Both the position numbers and the translations under genes were made by a program. Positions 1-14,653 of a stretch of DNA of 24,000 nucleotides are shown here, in pieces. The stretch spans positions 26,215 through 50,214 of the forward strand of contig NZ_BMGC01000014.1 in NCBI RefSeq assembly GCF_014639795.1. Reading direction: 5' to 3'. Numbering within the stretch: the stretch's first letter is position 1; each line of letters begins with the position of its first letter. The notes under the pieces were generated by a model, which was not told the DNA's origin, did no database searches, and saw only the letters and a program-made list of their open reading frames with translations. The DNA comes from Gordonia jinhuaensis. Its GTDB lineage: Bacteria; Actinomycetota; Actinomycetes; Mycobacteriales; Mycobacteriaceae.

Positions 1-1
1 G

Positions 2-640
2 TTGCGCGATGTCGCCACCAAGGCGGACGTGTCGCTGGGGACACTGCACCATTTCTTCCCCTCGAAATCCGAGCTGATGACCTCGGTCGCGCGTGCGCTG
101 ACCGACCAGCTGTCCGCCGCCATCACCTCGGCCGACTGGTTCGACACCTGGGGCGTTCGTGGCGTCGAGGGCCTCAACCAGCTGATGTCGATGTCGCTGA
201 GCGCGCTGTGGCAGACCGTGGAACAGACCCCGAACCGGCAGCTGGTCACCTACGAGATGACCACCTACGCACTGCGCGCCGGCGATGAGACCGATGTGGC
301 CGGCATCGCCCGCCAGCAGTACGCCGACAACACCACCGAAGTCGCGCAGATGCTGGCGGCGATGGCCGAGGTCACCGGGACACGGTGGACGGTGCCCCTC
401 GATCATCTCGCCCCGCTGGTACTGACCTTCATCGACGGCATGGTGCTGCGGTGGCTGGTCGACCACGACGCCGCCACCGCCGAGACCATGCGGGCGATGG
501 TCGCGCGGTTCATCGAGTCGCTCGCGGTGATCGACGAGTCGGCAGCACTCGATGCCGACGACACCTTGTCGCCGCAGTCGCCCGCCGAGGGCGGACTCGG
601 GCCGACCATCGGCTCCGATCCCGACGACTCGTATCTGTGA
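2..640 (+). CDS. TetR/AcrR-family transcriptional regulator, 5'-truncated by window edge
   Basis: N-terminal HTH-like segment RDVATKADVSLGTLHHFFPSKSELMTSVARALT matches the TetR pattern (VAxxAxVSxGxLxxxFxSKxxL). The ORF is open to the window edge and stops with TGA at 638-640. Confidence 0.88.
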   Translation: MRDVATKADVSLGTLHHFFPSKSELMTSVARALTDQLSAAITSADWFDTWGVRGVEGLNQLMSMSLSALWQTVEQTPNRQLVTYEMTTYALRAGDETDVAGIARQQYADNTTEVAQMLAAMAEVTGTRWTVPLDHLAPLVLTFIDGMVLRWLVDHDAATAETMRAMVARFIESLAVIDESAALDADDTLSPQSPAEGGLGPTIGSDPDDSYL

Positions 641-898
641 TCCGCCGGGCTCGGCCGGCTGGCTGGTCTCAGGTGTGACCGCACCCACGTTGACCAGCGA
701 TTGGTCACCGTCACCGCGCTCGACCGCCCCGGTGATCAGCGGTCACGATCTGCCAACGATCCGGATTCGGGTGAACTCCATAGTCCAGACAAGGTCTTGA
801 TCGCACTCTCACCATCGGCCACACTGACTGACTGGTAGGCCGGGAAACCGGACCGGGGGTCACTATTTGATAACGAAAACGGGTATCGTACGACTCGA

Positions 899-912
899 TA
901 TCTGATCAGGTA
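899..912. promoter_or_regulatory. Candidate operator: quasi-palindrome TATCTGATCAGGTA upstream of the mycolyltransferase gene
   Basis: 6 of 7 symmetric positions pair; lies about 13 nt upstream of the GTG start. It sits beside a second dyad TATCG(884-888)-N7-CGATA(896-900), which overlaps TCGTACGA (886-893). Confidence 0.3.
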
Positions 913-924
913 CATGAAAGTGAC

Positions 925-1920
925 GTGACAATGCAGTTGGTGAGCACTTCACCCCGTCGGTCCATCCGGCTGGCCACCATGGTGGTGGCCCTGGTCGCGG
1001 CGATTGCGGCCGCGCTGGTCGGTGCCGGCACAGCCTCGGCATGGGGACCGCCCGCCAACCAGGCCCCGACCTTCCGTCAGGACTACATCAACGGCTACGG
1101 CATGCCGAGTCCGCTGATCCGCACCTGGGCGGCCCAGGGCGTCGACCGCACCAAGGCACCGACGGTCATCTTCCTCGACGGCCTGCGCGCCACCAACGAC
1201 TTCAACGGCTGGGAGCGCGACAGCAACGTCGCCTACCTGTCCAAACACGGCTACAACGTCGTGATGCCGGTGGGCGGGCAGTCGAGCTTCTACGCCGACT
1301 GGCAGCGCCCGAGTTCGAGCGCCGGTCAGAAGTACGCCTACCGCTGGGAGAGTGTGCTCACCGGGAGCCTGCCCGACTATCTGACCAGGCGCGGCTTCTT
1401 CAACCGCACACTCGTCGGACTGTCGATGTCGGCCTCGCAGGCGGTGATCGTCGCCAACAACAACCGCGACAAGTACGCCCGCGTCGTGTCGATGTCGGGC
1501 TTCCTGCACACCACCGCGCCGACCATGCCGTCCCTGCTGCGTGCCGCGGCGTGGGATTCGGGCCACTACAACCTCAACGACATGTGGGGGCTGTACCCGA
1601 ACATCGACTCGTTCACCCACGATCCGACCCTCAATCTGTACAAGATGGGCGGGCTGCACATGTGGATCTACGCGGGCACCGGCGTATGGGGCAACCACCA
1701 GCCTCCGGGGGCCAACAACCTCGACTTCCTGACCACCGGGCTCAACTCGACGGCGATCGAGTCGGTCTCGCGTGAGCAGTCGGGTACGTTCGCCACGATC
1801 GCTCCGGCAGCCGGCGTCATCCTGCGCACCTCCTTCCCCGGAGTGGGCACCCACGCCTGGGGCTACTGGCAGGACCAGATCTGGTACATCGCCAGCACCG
1901 GGTGGTTCTACAACGGCTGA
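925..1920 (+). CDS. Antigen-85-like mycolyltransferase / secreted alpha/beta-hydrolase esterase with signal peptide
   Basis: GTG start; signal peptide (RRSIRLATMVVALVAAIAAALVGAGTASAWG). Ag85 hallmarks: FLDGLRATNDFNGWE, VVMPVGGQSSFYADW, nucleophile motif GLSMSASQA, and histidine motif GVGTHAWGYWQDQI. Confidence 0.93.
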   Translation: MTMQLVSTSPRRSIRLATMVVALVAAIAAALVGAGTASAWGPPANQAPTFRQDYINGYGMPSPLIRTWAAQGVDRTKAPTVIFLDGLRATNDFNGWERDSNVAYLSKHGYNVVMPVGGQSSFYADWQRPSSSAGQKYAYRWESVLTGSLPDYLTRRGFFNRTLVGLSMSASQAVIVANNNRDKYARVVSMSGFLHTTAPTMPSLLRAAAWDSGHYNLNDMWGLYPNIDSFTHDPTLNLYKMGGLHMWIYAGTGVWGNHQPPGANNLDFLTTGLNSTAIESVSREQSGTFATIAPAAGVILRTSFPGVGTHAWGYWQDQIWYIASTGWFYNG

Positions 1921-1960
1921 CCTGTCACCGCCGGCCACCCACCCGGCAGACTTCCCCGAC

Positions 1961-2003
1961 GTCCCGAGGGCTCTCTTCACAGAGGCCCTCGGGACGTTTT
2001 TTT
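1961..2003 (+). terminator. Rho-independent terminator downstream of the mycolyltransferase gene
   Basis: GTCCCGAGGG...CCCTCGGGAC stem (1961-1970 with 1986-1995), extended by CTCT/AGAG with a bulge and a short loop, then TTTTTTT at 1997-2003. Confidence 0.92.
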
Positions 2004-2073
2004 GGCCTGTGCCTGTCCACATCCCGGGGTGTGCCACGGGCTGCCCGTCCCCATCCAGTGCACGCACCCCCGC

Positions 2074-2143
2074 CACACGAGCCCCCCAGAGACGAACCCC
2101 CACCACACGAACGCCCAGCACACGAACGCCCCAGCACACGCAT
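2074..2143. repeat. Degenerate 15-16 bp tandem repeat, consensus about CACACGAACGCCCCAG
   Basis: CACACGA/AGACGAA/CACACGA/CACACGA/CACACGC occur at 2074, 2090, 2104, 2119 and 2135, separated by C-rich, CAG-ending segments. Confidence 0.6.
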
Positions 2144-2145
2144 GA

Positions 2146-2177
2146 GGGGCGCCACCTGAATGAACAGGTGGCGCCCC
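2146..2177 (-). terminator. Strong hairpin downstream of rpoC, candidate terminator lacking a U-tract
   Basis: Perfect 13-bp inverted repeat GGGGCGCCACCTG-AATGAA-CAGGTGGCGCCCC. The sequence after it on the minus strand (TCATGCGTGTGCTGG) is not T-rich. Confidence 0.6.
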
Positions 2178-2253
2178 TCCGTGCTGCCTGTGCAGCGGGC
2201 TACCTACGTGGGCTCGGCTCGCTCAGGGAATTCCCCTCGCTCAGCCGATTCCC

Positions 2254-6210
<3,957 letters not shown>

Positions 6211-6309
6211 TATGTACCTTTCAGTTGCTCAATCAGTCGAAAAAAGAAGGTCAGCGGCTGATGCCGTGCGCGGGCGCTCCCCCAACGGGTTGTGCGCCCG
6301 CGCCCTGCA

Positions 6310-9822
<3,513 letters not shown>

Positions 9823-9995
9823 GAACGTTGTTTACCTTGCGGTTGTGGCTTGATGTGCCGTTCGCTGCTGTTCGACCTTGGCATTCACACTCGAACCGTG
9901 GGATTCCCGAATCCGACTGCTGGGCAGGAGACGGAATCCACCGGTGGTCCGGTACTGATCGTGAGATGGACAGGAGGCAGCCAGCGCAACGTCCA

Positions 9996-10026
9996 ACTGT
10001 ACCAGAAGAAACACGGGACTTGTCAA
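9996..10026 (-). promoter_or_regulatory. Candidate rpoB promoter
   Basis: Minus-strand TTGACA (10026-10021), 19-nt spacer, and extended -10 TGG-TACAGT (TACAGT at 10001-9996), about 175 nt upstream of the rpoB start. The spacer is longer than the 17-18 nt optimum. Confidence 0.5.
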
Positions 10027-10179
10027 CACCGTGCGGAGAATGGATGACCGCAAGTGGCTGCCTGCGCTTGTCATCGCTGGCAATAGCGTGGACCGCGCGG
10101 CGCCGATCGTCAAGAGGAACGCGCCACTTTCCACCAAAATTTCCTCAGACGCCCCTCAGGAGGCCCGACAAACGCCTGG

Positions 10180-11232
10180 TCAGAACTGATCGAAGTCGCT
10201 GACGAGCCACTTGCCGTCGACCTTGGTCATCGTCGCCTGCACGCGCACCACGCCACTCTGACCGGAGATCCCGTTCGCCGAGGCGCTCACCACCATGTTG
10301 GACAGCACAGTCGCGGTGTCGCCGGTGATGGACCGGACACCGACGGTGTCGACATGGCAATCGACCTGTCCGGCGGTGTTGCCGTTCTTCTTGAGCAGAT
10401 CGCGATAGGCGGGCAGGTAGGTCTCGAGGTTCTTGGCGGCCTTGCCGACGAGGTTGGCCCGCGCACTCGCGGCCCACTTGTCGAAGTCGCCGTAGTTGAC
10501 CCCGAACACCGAGCAGATGCGGGTGGCCGCCTGCCCGGCTACCTCACTGGTCAGCGACCGGTCGACGAAGGCAGTGTTCTTGGGCTCGTCGACGCCGGGC
10601 TTGAATGCCAGCACGATCGCGGCGACCGCGGCGAGCACTGCGACGGTCGCCACCACGGCGAGGCGCTTGACCGTCCAGAACGGTGTGCGCTCGCGGGACC
10701 TCCCCGACTTCCCGGCACGTGCGGTGTCTTTGGCCGAGCCGGACGCCGCGGTACGGGGGGTCGGGCTGATGGTCGCCGCCTTCACCGGGGGACGGCGCTT
10801 ACCGCTCGGGCGGCTCGCAGTCGCGGCAGTCACGGCCTCGGCCTCGGTGACGTCGGGGGTGTCGGTGACGTCGGGGGTGTCGATGGTGCCTGTCGCGTCT
10901 GCGGCATCGGTACCGTCGGCACTCTCGGCGCTGCTGGAGATGTCTGCGGTGGTCGCGGACTCGGAGTCGGGGCTATCGGTGTCCGGTGTCCGGGCCGCCT
11001 GAGCCGGCGGTGCCGGAGCCTGGGGTGCCTCAGACTGCGGTTCCGACGTCTGTGGCACCTGAGTCTGGGGTGGTTGGGTCTGTGGCACCTGAGTCTGGGG
11101 TGCCTCATCAGCCGACGCGCCTGACCGGGAATCGCCGCGCCCCTGCCGATTCGCCCCGGCCGCGGGCCCACCGCGCCCGGCGACCCGCGGGGTGCGGCGG
11201 GGCGGCTCGTTGTTCTTCCGACGTCCGGCCAT
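10180..11232 (-). CDS. Mce-associated membrane protein (second of pair), with long low-complexity cytoplasmic N-terminus
   Basis: Follows mceF and the first Mas gene. Single TM segment (LAVVATVAVLAAVAAIVLAF) and C-terminal Mas-like domain ending VVRVQATMTKVDGKWLVSDFDQF. N-terminal ~185 aa is Pro/Gln/Ser/Thr/Ala-rich. Start overlaps the upstream stop (TGATG). Confidence 0.85.
   Translation of the reverse strand: MAGRRKNNEPPRRTPRVAGRGGPAAGANRQGRGDSRSGASADEAPQTQVPQTQPPQTQVPQTSEPQSEAPQAPAPPAQAARTPDTDSPDSESATTADISSSAESADGTDAADATGTIDTPDVTDTPDVTEAEAVTAATASRPSGKRRPPVKAATISPTPRTAASGSAKDTARAGKSGRSRERTPFWTVKRLAVVATVAVLAAVAAIVLAFKPGVDEPKNTAFVDRSLTSEVAGQAATRICSVFGVNYGDFDKWAASARANLVGKAAKNLETYLPAYRDLLKKNGNTAGQVDCHVDTVGVRSITGDTATVLSNMVVSASANGISGQSGVVRVQATMTKVDGKWLVSDFDQF
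10845..10880 (-). repeat. Two identical 18-bp tandem copies within the same coding sequence
   Basis: cggtgacgtcgggggtgt at 10845-10862 and 10863-10880, encoding the DTPDVTDTPDVT repeat. Confidence 0.9.
11048..11102 (-). repeat. 30-bp-period direct repeat within the Mce-associated protein coding sequence
   Basis: gtctgtggcacctgagtctggggtg occurs at 11048-11072 and identically at 11078-11102, encoding the PQTQVPQTQ-type repeat. Confidence 0.9.
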
Positions 11233-11987
11233 CAGTTGCCCCCTCCCGTCGTATCGCCCTGGGACGTATCACCCTGGGTGGTATCGCCCTGGGACGAATC
11301 ACTGGTGGCCGGGGCCGGGCTCGCAGGTGTGGCGCCGGTCGAGGAATCCGATCCGCTGTCGTCGGTGGGCGTGGTGTCGTAGCCGTCGAGGCTGGTGATG
11401 GTCTTGGCCTTGTAGATGCCGCCGTCGCGCTGCACCGCGACCAGGAAGCCCATCGTCTGGCTGGTGCTCGCCTGGTTGGGACGTTGTGCGGTCACGTTCA
11501 CATAGACCAACGCCTTGCCGGTGTGGTTGCCGTGGTCGAACTCGGTGAGTCCGCTGCGCGCGACGGTCGAGGTCAGCGTCCCCGCATTCGGGCCCGCCTT
11601 GGCCAGCTGGTCGAGTCCGCTCTGGGACAGCTGCTCGGTCACGTCGCCGATCAGGGTCGAGGCGGCACGCTTCCTGAACCCATCGACATCGCCGGGGTTG
11701 ATGTTGGTGACGTTGAGCATCGCCTGCTCGGCTCCCTGCAGCGCCGAATCGCGGTCGTCGGCCACCGAAACGGTGTTGCGGGCGTCCACATAGTCGTAGA
11801 TGGCGTAGCCGAGGCCGGCGAGCGCCGCGAGCATCGCGATCGTCACCACCACCCCCGCCGCGGTGAGCCGCGATCGCTTGGAGCGCGTCGAACCGGACTG
11901 GTTCTCGCCCTCGCGCGCAGAGGTGTCCCAGGCGCTCGTCGTGGCCGTATCCGGCGCAGACTTCTCTCGCCTTCTTCTAGCAAACAT
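11232..11987 (-). CDS. Mce-associated membrane protein (first of pair)
   Basis: Starts MFARRRREKSAPD; TM segment LTAAGVVVTIAMLAALAGLGYAIYDYV; Mas-type domain; C-terminal [ST]QGDT repeats. ATG at 11987 has an upstream AAGGTGG ribosome-binding site. The track ORF extends to a GTG at 12038, which I consider less likely. Confidence 0.85.
   Translation of the reverse strand: MFARRRREKSAPDTATTSAWDTSAREGENQSGSTRSKRSRLTAAGVVVTIAMLAALAGLGYAIYDYVDARNTVSVADDRDSALQGAEQAMLNVTNINPGDVDGFRKRAASTLIGDVTEQLSQSGLDQLAKAGPNAGTLTSTVARSGLTEFDHGNHTGKALVYVNVTAQRPNQASTSQTMGFLVAVQRDGGIYKAKTITSLDGYDTTPTDDSGSDSSTGATPASPAPATSDSSQGDTTQGDTSQGDTTGGGN
11248..11307 (-). repeat. 15-bp tandem repeat, about 3.5 copies, at the 3' end of the first Mce-associated gene
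   Basis: gtcgtatcgccctgg / gacgtatcaccctgg / gtggtatcgccctgg / gacgaatcactggtg; encodes SQGDTTQGDTSQGDTT. Confidence 0.9.
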
Positions 11988-12083
11988 CGTGGGCCACCTT
12001 AACGAGCCGATCTGAGTGGATTCTGTGTGGGCGCGCACCGGCCGGGACTCCCCGCCCGTCCGCGACCCGTGGCGCAGGCCGTG

Positions 12084-13328
12084 TCACTGAGCCGGACGCA
12101 CACCCAGCAACGCCGACAACTGTGTCGCGATCGGGTTGAGGTTCAGTGCGTCAGGCGCCTTCTTGGGCGTGGAATCCCACGGCTGGGCGTAGTTCGGATT
12201 GGCCAGCACGGCACGTTTGGCGCCGCGGACATCGGTCGGATTGCCCTGGGCCACCTGACAATTGGCGTTCGTGTTGAACGGGAAGTCATCGTAGTTGATG
12301 TCGAAGTCAGGGTTCTTGGCCTTGATCTCGTCGATCATCTTCGTGGTTCCCTCATACCCGTAGGTACACGTCGGCGGATTGTTGGTCTCGAGGACCACAC
12401 CAAAGTGGATGGTGCCATCACCGGGCGCGGTCGAGTAACTGCCCGCCGACAGGCCGGCCAGCATCGACAGGAGCGGTCCGACCGCGAAGTAGGTCGGCGC
12501 GGTCTCACGCACATCGGCGGCGAGATCACGAACAACGGTGGTGATGTCGCCACCCGAACGCTCCAGCAGCGCCGAGAGCTGCGTCGCCGACAGGGCGCCG
12601 GTGGTGAGCAGACGGCGGATGTCGGGATCACTCGACGACAGCTGCCGCGCGACCAGATTGATGTTCTTCGACCAGCTGAGGATCTCGTCGGATTGATCGG
12701 CCTGCGTCGTCAGAGCGGTGTCGCTGTTGCGCAACAGCGAGATGGTGGCGGGCAGGTTGTCCAAACCGGCCTTGGACAGGTTCGACAACGAGTCGACCAG
12801 CTTCGAGAGGTTCTCCCCCTGGCCGCCGATCCCCTTGGACAGCTCGGTGACAACGGTGTGCAGGTCGTCGACCGGCACCGACTTCGACAGGTCGATCGCC
12901 GACTTGATCACGTCGTCGAGCGGCGTGGGGATCTGCGTGTCGGTGATGAGCGACCCGCTCTTGAGGTAGGGCCCCTGGGCAGACTTCGGCCGCAGGTCGA
13001 CGAACTGTTCACCGACCGCCGACCGGTTGGCCACCACGGCCATCGCCGAGGCCGGGATCTTCGGCCCCGACGAGTTCAGGTCGAGGTCGGCCCGCACGCC
13101 GTCGGAGGTCAGATGCAGTTGCCCGACACGTCCGACCGGCACACCCTGGTAGGTCACCTCGGCGTTGGTGAAGATACCGCCCGAATCCTTGAAGTCGGCC
13201 TTGACCGTGTACACGGTGAGCCCGGTGATGCGCCCCACCTGCACATACGTCAGCGCCGCGTACACGATCGCCACGATGCCGACGATCGCGAAGATCACCA
13301 GCTGCCACTTCGCCAGACGCGAGATCAT
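12084..13328 (-). CDS. mceF: MCE-family protein MceF
   Basis: MCE domain (VYTVKADFKDSGGIFTNAEVTYQGVPVGRVGQLHL...AVGEQFVDLRP), N-terminal TM, sixth MCE gene in the operon. ATGA overlap with mceE at 13325-13328. Confidence 0.93.
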   Translation of the reverse strand: MISRLAKWQLVIFAIVGIVAIVYAALTYVQVGRITGLTVYTVKADFKDSGGIFTNAEVTYQGVPVGRVGQLHLTSDGVRADLDLNSSGPKIPASAMAVVANRSAVGEQFVDLRPKSAQGPYLKSGSLITDTQIPTPLDDVIKSAIDLSKSVPVDDLHTVVTELSKGIGGQGENLSKLVDSLSNLSKAGLDNLPATISLLRNSDTALTTQADQSDEILSWSKNINLVARQLSSSDPDIRRLLTTGALSATQLSALLERSGGDITTVVRDLAADVRETAPTYFAVGPLLSMLAGLSAGSYSTAPGDGTIHFGVVLETNNPPTCTYGYEGTTKMIDEIKAKNPDFDINYDDFPFNTNANCQVAQGNPTDVRGAKRAVLANPNYAQPWDSTPKKAPDALNLNPIATQLSALLGVRPAQ

Positions 13329-14653
13329 CGGCCGCCACCCCCGCCCGTGAGCATCGCCAGCGGACCGGTCAGGAAGGACGTGTCACTGGCGGGCTTGGGC
13401 AGCAGCTTCGCGGCCTGGCCGTTCGTCCTGTTGGGGACGGTGGCCTTGCCGGGCGTGGCGTTGGGGATCGGCAGCAGCGTCACCGTCGGCCAGCCCTTCC
13501 GCGGCCCGTTGCCGTTGATGTAGGGGTTCGACGGGTCGACGGCGGGTTCGGGGCCCGAGCCCACCGTCTGATAGCGCGGCTCACCCTGTCCGACGCCGAG
13601 CGCCTCGAGCGAGTTGAGCAGCCGCAGGTCCACCGACAGGAAGACGTTGGCCGAGTCGCCCTTCACACCCGGCAGCAACGCGTCGGGGAACGGGTAGGTC
13701 AGCAGCAGCGGACTCGCCGTGATGATGTCGGGTGCCGACTGCGCCAGTGCCTGCAGGGTCGGACGCAGCGCCCGCAGATCGGTGATGAGCTCCTCACGCG
13801 AGCGCGCCAGGATGTCGGTGCCCACCTGTCCGAGCTTGTCGAGCTTCTGCAGCAGGGTGACGAATTGCGGACGCTGACTCTCCAGCACCGCCACGCCTGC
13901 GGGCAGCTGGTCGAGGATGCGGTCGATCTGGGCCGTCTGCGCGGCGGTCCGGGTGGACAGCTGCGCCAGCCCGTCGATCGCGCCGACGATGTCGTCCTTC
14001 TGCTTGTTCAGCCCGTCGATCAGTGTGGCGGTCTGGTTCAGCAGCGACCGGGCACGGTCGGCCCGGCCGTCCAGAGCGGTGTTGAGCTCCTTGATGATCG
14101 GCGTCAGCTGCGCCAGACCACCACCGTTGAGCAGCAGCGACAGCGCACCGAGCACCTGCTCGATGTCGGTGGCCGTACGGGTGCGCTCGACCCCGATCGG
14201 CTCACTCGCGTCCTGACGCGGCAGGCCGGCATTGGACTTGGGGTCGACCAGCGCCACGAACCGCTCGCCGAGCAGGCTGGTCTGCTGGATCTGCGCCTGC
14301 GCCTTGTCGGAGAGGTCGATCTTGTTCTTGACCTTGACGGTGACCTGCGCCGACCAGCCGTTGGGTGCGACGCCGATCTTGGTCACGCGACCCACCGGCA
14401 CACCGTCGACCTTCACCGATGACTGCGGCACGAGGTCGAGGACGTCGTCGAACTGCAGCGTGTAGGTGCGGGGGTTGTCACCCACATCCACGCCGCCGGG
14501 CAGCGGCACCGAGTATATGCCCTGACTACACGAGCTGAGCACGGCGACCAGCGCCACCAGTAGTGCACCGGCTGCCGCCCGGATCCCGAGGTCCCGGCGG
14601 GAGCGACCGCGCAGGCGCGCGAGCGGCGCGGCGCGGCGGATCGGCGTGCTCAT
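13325..14653 (-). CDS. mceE: MCE-family lipoprotein MceE (LprN-like)
   Basis: Lipobox AVLSSC after the signal peptide, then [52 protein letters not shown] overlap with mceD at 14650-14653. Confidence 0.95.
   Translation of the reverse strand: MSTPIRRAAPLARLRGRSRRDLGIRAAAGALLVALVAVLSSCSQGIYSVPLPGGVDVGDNPRTYTLQFDDVLDLVPQSSVKVDGVPVGRVTKIGVAPNGWSAQVTVKVKNKIDLSDKAQAQIQQTSLLGERFVALVDPKSNAGLPRQDASEPIGVERTRTATDIEQVLGALSLLLNGGGLAQLTPIIKELNTALDGRADRARSLLNQTATLIDGLNKQKDDIVGAIDGLAQLSTRTAAQTAQIDRILDQLPAGVAVLESQRPQFVTLLQKLDKLGQVGTDILARSREELITDLRALRPTLQALAQSAPDIITASPLLLTYPFPDALLPGVKGDSANVFLSVDLRLLNSLEALGVGQGEPRYQTVGSGPEPAVDPSNPYINGNGPRKGWPTVTLLPIPNATPGKATVPNRTNGQAAKLLPKPASDTSFLTGPLAMLTGGGGGR

Noticed and set aside
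949-2139. 396-aa minus-strand ORF
   Set aside because: Antisense to the well-supported Ag85-like gene and runs through the intrinsic terminator and tandem repeat; low-complexity translation.
10081-10120. Second rpoB promoter (TTGACG ... TATTGC)
   Set aside because: The spacer is about 22 nt, too long for a convincing housekeeping sigma promoter.
11048-11307. Possible CRISPR-like or VNTR array
   Set aside because: Repeats are short (15, 18 and 30 bp), few, in frame and without unique spacers; they are explained as coding low-complexity repeats.
11192-11398. Small plus-strand ORF with repeated SYRPGTYHPGWYRPGTN translation
   Set aside because: The repetitive peptide is simply the antisense reading of the 15-bp repeat encoding the SQGDT tail.
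12027-13523. 498-aa plus-strand ORF, and similar ones at 14563-16065, 16897-18171, 19623-21212 and 21293-22501
   Set aside because: All lie antisense to well-supported mce/yrbE/mkl genes and show mirror-frame composition.
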